From contig JAUGWO010000020.1 of NCBI GenBank assembly GCA_049724395.1, positions 1 through 64,000 of the forward strand: a stretch of DNA of 64,000 nt, in the 5' to 3' direction. The notes under the pieces are model-generated. The model searched no databases and had not been told where the DNA came from. It was given only the letters and a program-made list of their open reading frames with translations. A program made the position numbers and the translations under genes. This stretch comes from Spongospora subterranea f. sp. subterranea. Taxonomy: Eukaryota. Positions 1-13,679 of this stretch are shown in pieces (the first letter of the stretch is position 1; the number at the start of each line of letters is the position of its first letter).

Positions 1-511
1 CCTGTCGTTCATCACCGGGTCATTCTTCATCAACACACTGTTTTAACGTCCGATTGTGCCAACGTGCGCCGTTGGTCAACGGATGTCCTTTACTGTAGAC
101 AGGGACTGAAACCAGTCGTTTTCTTGGTCCGCGCTATTCTTTATAATAAAAACAGCATAAAGGTAGATCCAGGGTGTCCTAACAGGTGTTGCCAGCCATG
201 AATATTCCGTCATTGAAGGGTGAATCATGACCTCAACAATTATGATCAATACCGCTCCATGTTATTGTTGGCGCCAAACCGTCATCAGGTTCGCTGATTG
301 TCGATATCAGTAATCACAATAAACTGCTGTGGTCCTATGGGCTCTAATGACGTAAAGAAAGAGTGAAAGTCATTCGGGAAAATGATTCTGTTCGTACAGG
401 GAGAAGACGGTCGGTAAAGGTGTTGTTGATATTGTTTGTGATGATTGGGGTAATGGTGTTGTCGATATTGAACCTGTTTGGTGGAATCACTACACAACTT
501 GTGTGTCGTGT

Positions 512-2051
512 TTATATGATGACGATTATCGCCATGACCGTTATCGAAACATACATCGCTAGGGAGGCGATCCTATAGTAGCTGGTGTTGCTGTTCACCC
601 TGATCGCCACACTCCTCGCCTTGTCGCACACCGCCTCCTGCCCGTTTACCGATTGCCAACACCCGGCCTCATCCGACCACAAGTTCACCCAGGCCGACGA
701 TACGCCCTTCACCGCCATCGCTGCCAACAATCTCGCATTGCTCACAATATCTGTTGGAGTTCCGGGAATGAACCCGTTCGGGCAGATCGTCTGTTCATCG
801 GCCATTATCGGCTGTGAACCGATATCCCAAGCGTTATTGGACGGGTTCCAACAGGCCTTGAACGCCCTGTCCTGGCACGAGACAACGCGCCACCCATCGT
901 CAATACCGACCTGTGCACATAATCGGGTATTGGTGTAAATCGGTGGATCTGATCGCCATGACCAGAGCAATCTCCCGAGGATTGTTGAGTTGAACAGGTC
1001 AAACAGCGGAACGATCCCACACATCTGCAGGACGCCAACGTCGTCGGTGGTGATTTCGCCAACCCGATCGACCCCTTTGTAATAGGTCGTGTCGTTCGCG
1101 AATATCGTCGTGGCGTCGCCATAAACCTGACACCAGCGCAACTCAGCCGACGTGCTTCATTAAACCGATCGCGTTCGACCAATACCCGTCCCCATATCAA
1201 TCCTGGTGATGGGCAGATCGCCAGATTCGCCTCCAATCTGGTCAACGAATTGGGCAATGGCCCAAACGCCATCGACGAAGGTGTATTGGCCGTGATCAGT
1301 GTTCGATAACCGGCCTTGGTCAGCTGCCGAACCGTTGGCCAAAAGCCATCGAATTTCGACGGCGTGAAAATAGACGACGGGTCGAGCTCGTTCGTGATGA
1401 TCGCATCTAATATCGGATCGCTTTGGGCGTCGATATACAATATCTGAGAGCAGATTGATCAGGTGGAATGGGATTGCAAAACGGGGCAGAGCGGAGTACA
1501 ATGAACTCGTGCGGATTCATGTTCAGCCAAGCTCGTATCTCCTGCAATGTTTGCTGGAAGGTCGGGGCGGCTGGATTACACCCGCTCTGGTCGCCGTAAT
1601 CGCGAATACCCAGCAGCCGGCATTGGTTCCATTTCCCCTGGCACTGCTGACGAACGATCGCGGCGCCCTCGGAGTCGATATGGCAGACGAGGGCGGTCGG
1701 GCGCTGGTCGCCGTTCAGATCGATGATGTGCGGATCGACCTCGATCCATCGTACGCCCAGATCCAACTGCTCCGTTATCGATATGATCTGATTGTGGGGA
1801 ACCTCAAAGGCGATCGACGAGACGGTTTGATAATTGTAACTGACAGACCGGGTCAACGACCAACCCGATGGCGCCATCCCAACAACCAACCTGTTATGGG
1901 TTCCATGCCAGGTGGCGAACGCTTCGGGGAGGGGCCGATCCCATCGAAGGCCTCGCTGGGCGAACGCGGCGCCGCTCAGGGGCGGATCGGCGTCGGTGTT
2001 CTGACACAGGTTCAGAACAGTCAACATCACGAAACATCTGAACCGAATCAT
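512..2051 (-). CDS. Secreted or membrane-anchored PLC-like phosphodiesterase (PI-PLC X-domain-like) with a Cys-rich C-terminal domain; about 4 exons
   Basis: Hydrophobic N-terminus (MIRFRCFVMLTVLNL), GTHNS-type motif split by an intron, NQIISITEQLDLGVRWIEVDPH, VCH, and LQEIRAWLNMNPHEFIVL. Three ORF pieces join through GT-AG introns (for example the 44-nt intron at about 1142-1185). Ends in a hydrophobic tail. Confidence 0.7.
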
Positions 2052-2949
2052 GTGGAATTTATGACGATAATCGGTAATAGGATTGAATAGTCTCATCGTG
2101 ATTCCAGATTCTGATATTCCAGAAATATCTGCCCCATAATAATCGGCCTCAATCATGCCATCAGCGTGTCGAAAGCAGATTTCATCACGATCAAGTTCGA
2201 AAATTGCGTCATTATCGTTGCCGTGAAACTCTGTTGATGGTGAGCGTGAATGGTTCGCCCCGCGGGCAGCCGTGCTTGATCTGATGCAGGGAACCCATGC
2301 CGGCAAAGACCGCGATGCTCATAAACTGGAGAGTATCGGTTGCCATGAGGGATGGATATCACAGACGAGTGTGCTGATGGACCACTTCCGCACCTCAGAT
2401 CGTGACAGAGATGTCCATTGCAATGGAACAGACCTTGGAACGGGCGGAGTGCTCCGGTTGAGCAACGGGCAAGCGAGAGAGCGGTGAACATGGGGGGTCA
2501 GTTGATGTTTACATTATTGAAGCCGTTCCGTTTGACATGGACTCCCCTGAGTGAAGAAGTAATGATCGGAAGACCCGAGTTCATGTCCCGCTGGCGACGT
2601 TTTCGCGAATATCGATCAACGACGACTTAATGTGGATAACGCTGTTCGCTGATGTTTTTCGAACATATATTCTCCACAACAGGTCTCGAACCCATAATCC
2701 CCAGTTGAAGATGTGCCAGGGTTTAGGGGCATTCTTCAATGGGCGGTTCAATAACGTCTGACTTGTATTTGCCGACGAGTTTACGGTTGTTTTTTGAGTG
2801 TTGGACCTGATCGATCAGGGACCACCCAATTGCAAGAGCATCTTTGATGTCACAGGACACACCTCCACTTTCTTTCATTGCATCAATCGTGTATTGTTCA
2901 TCACATCAAATCACGCAACAAACAATTGGTGGAAAAACCAGTTGGACAC

Positions 2950-5071
2950 CTAGTCAACCAGATTGCCAACAGCGAACACATTCGATGGATCAACTTGACG
3001 CTTGACGGCTTTCAGTAAGGATAACGACGCCGCGCTTGTCACCTGACCCATGAACTGTTTTCGAATTTGACCGACACCGTGATGATGCGATAACGATCCC
3101 CCCGATCTCAGCACCTGATCACGCCGATCGCGTAAGCGATCAACATTCAAAACCACATAGTGCTCGATAATACCTCTTGTCTGGCCTCGTGTTCGATCTT
3201 GGTAAACGCTTCGACAGGGTTGTCGACCCCGTCGGGAACCAATCCGAAATAGAAGTAGATACAGGCGCCGGTGTCGTATACCTGGGTGACACGACACGAG
3301 ATGAATGGTGGGATCAACGCCCCGGCATCATCACACGACTGTTTGATCCGTTTCTTGACGTTGTCGCACAGGCTCACGACGCGATCCCATTCCACCGACG
3401 TCTCGAAGGATTCGGCCAACAACCCCCTGAACCATCGGTTAGTTGTTGACCAGGGCGGCAATGACGCCATCCACACGTACAATGACAAGGTAAAATCGCG
3501 TATGTAGGCGATAAGGAAGGTGAGACGATATCCACGACGACCGGCATCACTACCAGCAGAGCGACCGCCGAACTCCCAACCGATCGATAAGATCCTCCAC
3601 TTCTGTCGACGGATTTCTGAGGAATTCCCTTCGAACAATATGGTGCAGGCGACAATCTGTTTCAGGTCGTAGCCCAGCTTGGTGATGATCCACTTCCTGA
3701 ACGAATCCTGAAATCGGGCATTGACCCACGACCGCTTCTCCTCAGGTTTGATCGCGTTGCCGAACTGAAACTGCTCGTTGTCCACAAGCCGGATCGATGC
3801 GGGAGCGACGCGCTGCCGCGATACCTGCCGCATGAACGCCACACCACTGTAATGACTGATTGAACACAAGAAACAAAAACACATTTTATCGCCGAACGAA
3901 CCTCGCGAAATCCGGAAATATTAGCGAAGCGTATTCGGTGGAGACAGGAAGGGGGCGAACCCGTAGGACAGCGGATGTGATGATTCCCAATATGCCTTCG
4001 CTCCCGAGCACGAGCTGTTTGATATCGGGGCCGGTCGATTGACGGGGGCACCGGCCGAATTCTTCGAGGACCCCGCTGGGCGTGATGCACGTGATCCGCA
4101 GGACGATGTCCTCGATATTGCCATAGGCGTTCTTCTTCATTCCTGAGGCGCGTGTGGCGATCCATCCGCCCAGCGTTGAGAACTCGTGGGAATCGGGTTC
4201 GTGTCCTAAACACAACCCATTCTGCGACAACACTCGCTCTACCCACAAGAAACAATGAGTATCGAGGCGGCGACCCAGACCAACGGAAAACCAACGGTAC
4301 CGATTTCAGGTCCGATGGCGCCACACTGCACCTCTGCCGTCAGATTCTCTTTGTCGACCCACAGTACCGAGTTCATCTGGCTCAGGTCGACACTGCAGAT
4401 GTGTCGCGATTCGTTCGGATTGCACTTCAGCGCCTGGGAAACGGACGTACCGCCCCCGAACGGAATCAGAACGACGCTCTGGAAACACACAGCGTCATTG
4501 TCAGGTCGTCGTTCAATATATAATGATGGGCGATCCTATCAAGGTGGGGGCGACACCCAACCTCGCCCCGAAAACGTACGTGTTGTGTGGCTCGAGATAT
4601 CAGTTCCTTGACATCGGACTCGCTATTGACGTACGCCACCGAGTCGGGGACCCGTTCGACCAATCCCTTCCGTAGGTTGTAGATCTCCTGCAGCGAATGG
4701 CCATGGCTGTGTCGGATTCGACACGCCGGCGATAGATCAACGATGATGCTCGCCGGCAACGACGCCACGAAATCGTCATTTGAAACGGAAAACGGAATCG
4801 CGACCTGATTGATATCGACAACGTCGTTGGCAGTGGCTGTTTGGGAAACCCCTCGAGATTTCATAAACGGCAACAGGTTGGGCATGGTCAGGCCCGAGAC
4901 GTCGTATCGGTGTCCCGATACCCGAATCAGATCGGTATTCGGGATGATGTGGAAGAACGTGTCGTCGTAGCCCCAGCCGTCCCATCTGATCGTATCGCGC
5001 TTGCCAACGTCGTCGTCGTCGCCATCTCCGGACGCGATCTGATTCGTGAGCTGGTTCAATCGGGAGACCAT
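2950..5071 (-). CDS. AGPS: Alkyldihydroxyacetonephosphate synthase (peroxisomal ether-lipid synthesis), multi-exon
   Basis: [111 protein letters not shown]. Confidence 0.95.
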
Positions 5072-6180
5072 GACGGACGGCGATCGCCTAACAGGGTAAA
5101 CCCGCTTAAGCCTTGGGCGCTTTGGCTGGCGCCACTCTGTCGTCAGTCAAAAACCCTAACCCAAGTCCTTGGCCGATCGAACTGTCAGGACATCGTCGTC
5201 GTCGAATATACCGACCTGGACTTGGAACTTCCGACTAACGCCATGGTAAAAGATGTTGACCAATACCTCGTCGCCCGCAATAGAAGAAACCGCTGCCTTG
5301 GCCGGTTTGACAAAATTATTTTGATGCCGCCCTTTCCGGTATTGGAAATAGCCCCCTTGATATTCGGGAGAATTGTGCATTCTGTACTGCCCCATAAACG
5401 GTCATGAATATTGGGGGACAGATCAAGCTGGGTTTTGGCGATGGTCTTCACCAAGTGCGATGTCTCAGAGAGAGCGTCAAAACCAGCGAAACCGCTCAAG
5501 GAAAACGCCCATCATCGCTACCCGAATCGAGATGAACGAATGATCGGTTGGCTCATCTCCAATTTGTTACCCCGATTTCTAGATCTGATCATTTACAATT
5601 TCACTAATCGACGTAAGTTTAGAACCTTTAAAAAACACGATTCTCGAGTTGGTTTCTTCAAGAAAGTAGGGGAATCCTGATTTTGCGAGCCCATAACAGG
5701 AGTATCCTTTGGTTTACTAGTTGAGGTGGTGGATCTGGCATTATTACAGCACCTGATTCCATTAGAGATGCTGATGCAGCAATACGATCCTAGCAGGCGA
5801 TGAATATCGGTCGTGGATGGTGAACAGTATGGCAATGATCGATGCTGGAATAGCCACAGATTGTCCCCGCTCCCCGTCGCATTGTCATCACCAATACGAA
5901 AAGTGGTAATGGCACTATAATCAGTTGCGTTGAGCTTCTCACAAAGAGTCTGGTCGATCTTTCTAATAACGACAGGTTTTTTGTGCAAAACACCAATATA
6001 TGGGCACGTCGCCAAAGCCTGATGGAAATCCTTTGTGGCTTTTTTGCATTGATGGATCATGAATATTGAGGAAACTCCCACGATATTCTGATATTGAACA
6101 CAAATCAACTACAACCTTCTGACAGAGGGAAGGAAACAGGTTCAGACGCCAAACCGACACCTTTTTGGACAACGTTTTGT

Positions 6181-6538
6181 GGTGACACCACTCAGATCAA
6201 GGAACATGAATCGGGGGATCTAGATGAGTCACGACCAGACTTCGTATCCATTAAACGTTTTTCTTATATTAACCATCCTTCAGTTTCAGCCTAAAGGAAT
6301 CTCTACGACACATAAGAAACACTTTCAAACCCACCAAGCCTAATCGAAAAGGCGAAGCCAACATCGAATCAGCTAAAAGGGTAAGAGATGGATGAAATAA
6401 AGTTTCTCTAATGTGTCGTAGAGATCCCTTTAGGAAACGATATAATGGCAAGGAAATCTGAAAACTGAATGATGGTCAAATACGAAGTCTGGTCGGGACT
6501 CATCTAAATCCCCCGATTCTTGAATGAGTGGTGTCACC
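6181..6538. repeat. Imperfect inverted repeat (foldback); arms about 6181-6325 and 6393-6538
   Basis: ggtgacaccactca pairs with tgagtggtgtcacc; gaatcgggggatctagatgagtcacgaccagacttcgtat pairs with atacgaagtctggtcgggactcatctaaatcccccgattc; cctaaaggaatctctacgacacat pairs with atgtgtcgtagagatccctttagg. Confidence 0.95.
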
Positions 6539-6892
6539 CATAGTTTTACAGTATACCTTCGCTATACCAAGACACGGGGCATTCTCAAACTCAATCTGTT
6601 TATTTCTGAATGCCCTTGACAGTTCAGCCCTTCCCGGTCAACATTTGGAATAGGCCTAGTCAGGGAATAACAGGCCGTTTCCGTCTGAATGGTGTCCTGT
6701 TTGAATATACCACAATGGTCTTATGATCAAAACGGTGTTGTATTTGAAAAAGCAAGGGCGTGTGCGAAACAGTTGCTAAACCCGGACGCGCAAAACAGTT
6801 TTGAACCCTGAACGACGCCGTCCGTAGCGCCAACGTACTGTCAGACTGGGTCAGGGCTCCCTGACGTTTCACTGATGATAGTGATTCCGTTT

Positions 6893-7125
6893 GCAAACGA
6901 TACGAAGTTGCGGTTACTTCATTCTTGTCTTAGCAAATCAGACGATCGATGGACCAAAAGCCAAGCTGGGTGGTGATTACTGCATTAACCATGTCGCTGG
7001 CCAAGGCCATGGGCCAAAGTTACGGTCGCAGTGCAATGGCGTGCTGCTGCATTGGCCATGTCCATCGATCGTCTAATTTGCTAAGACAAGAATGAAGTAA
7101 ATCACCGCAACTTCGTATCGTTTGC
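6893..7125. repeat. Near-perfect inverted repeat; arms 6893-6954 and 7060-7125
   Basis: gcaaacgatacgaagttgcggttacttcattcttgtcttagcaaatcagacgatcgatggac recurs reverse-complemented with one substitution and a 4-nt insertion. Confidence 0.95.
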
Positions 7126-7385
7126 GAAATCCAGAACCCAGTGCTGCGCGCGTCGGATATTCTGTCGCCGTGTACCACACTCTGGTCTGTGTGCAGACTG
7201 GCGAGTTGAAAGTATAGGGGCTCTGCCCGTACCCCGTATGTGATAATGTGCGCCCGCGTCTGACTGGCCTATGCGATAAAGTGCGCCAGTGACGGTATGA
7301 TCAGATACGGGGGGTGACCCGGACCAGGTATCCCCGAACAGGGTGTGATATCATGTACTGTACACACATAAACCTATTAATTTAA

Positions 7386-8983
<1,598 letters not shown>

Positions 8984-9071
8984 GTTCTAGATTTTGTTGT
9001 AATACAGAAAACCGATCTGTGACCAGCAATAGTTCAGGCTTTAACAATCGTGGTACTCGATCGTAGCGCCA

Positions 9072-11545
9072 ATGTCATCACACCAGCACTCTCCTCGGAC
9101 GTCCAACTTCCTTTTAAAAGATCAACTGAAACTCTTTGAAAATTACGGCGTGAAATATGAAGGATTTGGGTCTGGCCACGTAGCATTCAACGATCCCGAT
9201 CTGGCAGCCGCTCATGAAAATCCCGACATTATTCCCATCTCAATGCCGTTCGTTCAGCACGAGGTTCCTGGTCCTCCAAATACTCCACGAACCGTAGCTG
9301 GTCTGTTTCATCCTCATTTTTTCGCCATTGTTCTCAAAGTCTAACATTAGGGTTTCGAAGTCCTAGGCCTCCAACTGCCAAAATTTCCTTGCCGAAGCAA
9401 AGTTCCAGTTTGACCCCAATACCCCCGTTTTCATACAACATTCCTCGTGTAATGCGTAGATTTAACGCCATATTCCCGGCAATAATCATTAAGTTTTTAT
9501 AGTTCAACGATGTGGAGAACGACGATTCGCTGTTGGTGCTGTCCAATCGGTCGATTGTAAGATGGCGTATCGAGCTGTTGATGTTGAGACTGATTGGCGT
9601 ACTTAGCCTTTGAGCGAGCATCGGCAACTGCTACAAGAGAATATGACCAGACGGGCTAGCTGGATGAAAGAGGCGTTCCAGGCACGATTACACGAGCAGA
9701 TGAAGGACCTGGCAAGGTCTAGCGAGACCGACGCTGCTCAGACTTCTGTTGCCCTCACCAGGTAAATTGAGTTTTCGAGCAGGATTGTGTGCACTGATGA
9801 AAGGGGGATTCGAAATCGTGTAGAGCCATTGATCTCTACACGAAGAAGTTCAATGCGATTTTGTCGTGGATTGGGGAGACGGAGAAACTGAAGGAATGTG
9901 TCAAGGAGCTGGAGCATCGGATCGCGGAACTGAAGACGGTGAACGTGGGGATGGCTGAACAGCACGAGGCGAATATCAGGGATCTGCAGGAGCAATACAA
10001 GATCACACAACTGCAGCTGCGACAGGATCTTGATCACGAACAGAAGGTAAATTGAGAAACGGGTGGGGGGTGGAACCGGGGGCCATGGGAAACGGGAATT
10101 TCGATGTGTTTTGAACTCGAAACGGTCACCGATTTCCCAACGCAGGTCGATAACCAGATCGCCAAATCCCGAGCAAATCATGTTAGAACCGGGCGATTGA
10201 CGAAAATACGTTCACCACGAAGATCTGTCTCTCTTGATCGGGGTCAACGATCCAGGTCGACAAAAGTTCAGCAAACATCACCGACGTCGATCGATCAGCG
10301 GACAACAAAAGCAATTTCTCATTCGAAATTTGAGAAAGTCGCAAATCAGGCGGTTCAAGAGATAAAACGACGATTTGTCGCTCGTGACGCGGTTGTTAAA
10401 GAAGAGTTCAATGACAGCGATAGATCATTTGGGGACACTTCTGGGGTAATTGTACATGATGGCGCCGTGATTGACGGGAGTGGATCTGGACAGGTCGCCA
10501 TACTCCAGGACAAAATCAGGGAGCAACAGCGCCAGGTCCACGAGCTGGAATCGCAGATGGGCGCGATCGAGGACGAGACTGACCAGGCCCTGGTCGAGCA
10601 CAACGACCGCAAAGCCAAAGAGCAGATTGAGCGATTGGCCAAGATCGAGGACGATACTGAGAAGGAGCTGTCCCAAAACATTGCCGATTCCAAACAGAAA
10701 TTAGACGAGTGATTTGTTTTAAGATGGATAGAATATGGGGCCTATGTTCTAATGTCGTGATATAGGTCGTACGAGTCAGCGATTTTGATCCAGAAGAGGT
10801 TGACCAAGCAACGGCAGCACAACGAGAAACTGAAGAATAAGGTGATGGGACAGTTGATCTCACATTTTGTCTGAAAGGTTTGATCAGCTTTACGATGGAA
10901 TTGATGTTATGATGGTGGAGTAAACGCAAGAGTTGACGCATTGTTGTTATAGTTGGCTGTGGTTGAAAACAAATGCAAACAAAGCCAGGCTGCGTTGGAC
11001 CGCGAACGAGCCTCTGAGCAATGGCGTCTCGACCGCCTGAATCACAATTTTCAGGAACAAAAACAGACGATCATTCAGGTGTTCAATAAGATCAAGGAAT
11101 GTGTTTATCAGTGCAATAAAGTGACAGATGGACTCCACACTGGTATTGTACTATAACCTCTCCCTTTCACCGATTTACTGCTCACAAAGTTTGGGTTGCT
11201 GCTTTACAAATTTGAGATTTCTGCCAATCCCTAACTGAAATAGCAAATTCTGTTGTAGGTCTGACGTGTTCAGTTTGTTTCAGTCAATTGAACGACCCAT
11301 ATATATTTTCGCCATGTGGCCATACATGTTGCCAGACCTGTATCCCCGAAGTACAGGCCTGCCCTGTATGTGGCCATGAACGTGGCGCCCCAATCACGAC
11401 GGGCATCACCAAGAACGACCTGGTTAGGCGGATCGTGGAGCAATATAGATGGCTGATTGAGCCCATGGCCGAAGCAGGCAACGCCATCATCAACACATGT
11501 ATTCAGGCACAAAACGACCCACCGAATAACGCAGAACAACAATAA
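9072..11545 (+). CDS. Coiled-coil protein with C-terminal C3HC4 RING finger (putative E3 ligase), multi-exon
   Basis: Successive coiled-coil exons flanked by GT/AG; last exon reads LTCSVCFSQLNDPYIFSPCGHTCCQTCIPEVQACPVCG. Confidence 0.7.
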
Positions 11546-11617
11546 AAACACTGTGACAAACAGATATACCGGGTGAATTGATTTCGAACCTCAAATTTGC
11601 CATCCAAGTCTATCGCC

Positions 11618-11850
11618 ATGCGCTATGACCATAGATCAGCCGGTTGTGGCCTCTGCCATCTCCTGCTCCAGTCCAGTCATAACCCTATGACTCTGCCGGT
11701 ATCATGACCCTGGTGAGTGGTGTCGCCATGGTGTCGCCATTCGATGAGCGTGTGTGACGGGCACCGATGATCAGGGCAATATCCACTGTCCGGTGTGCAG
11801 GTCAAGTCAAGTCGTACTGTACATCTTCAAACCAGGGTTGAGGGTCATTG
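11618..11850 (+). pseudogene. Possible degenerate small RING-finger gene
   Basis: CGLC...PMTLP / CRHS..VC / HCPVCRS in shifting frames, with an 11-nt duplication (tggtgtcgcca) inside. Confidence 0.3.
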
Positions 11851-12054
11851 AACCTCGGCCCTCACATTTTACTTGGACTTTTACCGTGTCGTGTAGTCGT
11901 TCGTCCCATGTATCAATACAATTAGCGAAATACAAATGTTGAGAACTTCATAACAATCCGCTTCACCTTCTCGCGAAACCGAAAAACCAGCAAGGGTGGT
12001 GGCAGACTGTAGTCACCGTTGAACAACCGTAGTAACACTTTCGTACGAGTTCGC

Positions 12055-12435
12055 AAATTCGACATGGAATTCTTCAATCGTCTGCCGACGCCCCTTGCTC
12101 GAGCGCCTGAAGACTTAGGGTTGCGGCAACTTCTCAGAAACAACATTGATATTAACGACTTCATCGTGCCATCGCACGATATGGAAGAGGTTGAGCAATC
12201 GCAATTGCGAGTCCAGATTGTTGAACAACTCCCTCAAGTTGAACACGTCGGATATGGGGCCATCTGTGTCCGCTAAAGTGCACACCCGATCGAAGTGTTC
12301 CAGCCATTCTTCAGCATCTAACGTCAACTACAATCGATGTTCGTTCGAGGAGATGCTGCAACCCGAAGTCTGCAGGCCTTGGGGGCACTCGAGCACAGGC
12401 CTAGGCAGACCAATGAAGAATTCCATGTCGAATTT
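12055..12435. repeat. Diverged inverted repeat; arms about 12055-12150 and 12333-12435
   Basis: Perfect 22-bp outer stem aaattcgacatggaattcttca / tgaagaattccatgtcgaattt, with imperfect pairing continuing inward. Confidence 0.9.
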
Positions 12436-12699
12436 TCTATTGATCGAACATCAATCGAAACTGTTTGACGAAGAAACGGTCCAAAATCTCAACCTTAGCA
12501 AAGACGAGTTTGTTTTTGTCCGAACCTTGAATTGTTTTCTGCGTTTCAGACGAGGATTGTGTCTGTCTTCTCCATCCCCAGCCGTTTTTCCGAATGTTTA
12601 ACGGGTTTAAACATAGGTATTTCAAACGGGTAGGTTATTGTTCTGTTGCTCATTTAACGATGTCTATCGCATACTGGGAAATTCCGACACTATATTCCA

Positions 12700-13240
12700 G
12701 ACATCGGTTTTGTTGCCAATTTCTCCGATTGATCATTTCAGTATCCTGTATGGATTTGTTTTTACGCTCATTTGGTGAAATTTAGTACTAGTAATCGCAT
12801 CGTCACCCCGTTTCTCAAATTCTGTTGTTTTTTTACGTTCACTTCTTATTCAGAAGTTTTTGGTCTGCTCCACCACATTTTTACAACTTGATCCCAGTCC
12901 CGAAAGTCATCGTGATTGCCATGACTTCCTGGATGTTTTGCCTCGTTTGAAAAAACCGAACGAATTGGTTTGAATTTGGGAAGGGGCGGGTTAAATGATT
13001 TGCATTTTAACCAACAGGTAATCAACGATGACTTTCGGGACTGGGAGCAAGTTGTAAAAATGCTTTGTGTTTTGAATTGCGCGTAAAAGAGGCGAACGCA
13101 AAAAAAGCAGATTTCGAGAGACGTCCGGGGTGTTGATGCGATTAGTCTTAAAGTTCAATAACAGATGAGGGTTAGACCAGAGCCCATACAAGAAATTGAG
13201 ATGTCGAATGATGAACATTGGAAAACGCAACTAAACGAAT
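12700..13240. repeat. Diverged inverted repeat; best core 12876-12913 and 13025-13062
   Basis: catttttacaacttgatcccagtcccgaaagtcatcgt matches the reverse complement of the right arm at 37 of 38 positions. Weaker similarity extends outward (taatcgcatc..caccccg, tgtatgg). Confidence 0.85.
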
Positions 13241-13679
13241 GAAGGATATTATCAAGAGTTTCGGATAAAGAAAACCAAGAAAACACCAAGAAAACAAGGA
13301 CTTAATTCAGCAAGTTCGAAGCTTCGTATATTACAGAAAAAGAAAATGAGCTTTATATTGAATTCATATCTGATTTCGTAAACAAAATCCTTCTTTAAAA
13401 CTCCGGGTTCATTGGATTGGTTAAGATTCTTAGCTGGATCGATGCAATCAACCTCGAATTTCAACGGTTTCGCCAGTTCCCCGTCGCACGCCACACCCAG
13501 CAAACCTGGCTTTTCACCAGAAACCTCTTTCCCGACGCAAAATGGGCTTCGTGTATCGAGTCTGTTGTTATGCAACATTTGTAGACCATCACAACACGTG
13601 CGGCGCGTCGCGATAACAAAAATATAATCAGAATTTATATATATTGAAATATAACACGATGAGTTAATAATATATTGTG

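Noticed and set aside
1455..2090. Long antisense ORFs over real genes (also 4841-5407, 7425-8075, 15087-15614)
   Set aside because: Shadow frames opposite or overlapping better-supported CDSs, with no motifs of their own.
2102..2116. Exact 15-mer ttccagattctgata shared with about 32773
   Set aside because: A few such matches are expected by chance in 64 kb, and the flanks do not align.
2183..2286. Possible very old foldback (catcacgatcaag / cttgatctgatg)
   Set aside because: Only about 12 paired bases plus weak inner pairing; cannot be supported by eye.
5149..5162. Telomere-like or telo-box motif aaaaccctaaccc (also ttagggttt near 9347 and 32605)
   Set aside because: Isolated 9-13 nt matches, too few to separate from chance, with no array or supporting structure.
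5600..6890. Possible KDZ/CxC transposase relic around the first foldbacks
   Set aside because: Only vague motif resemblance in broken frames; needs a frameshift-aware HMM search.
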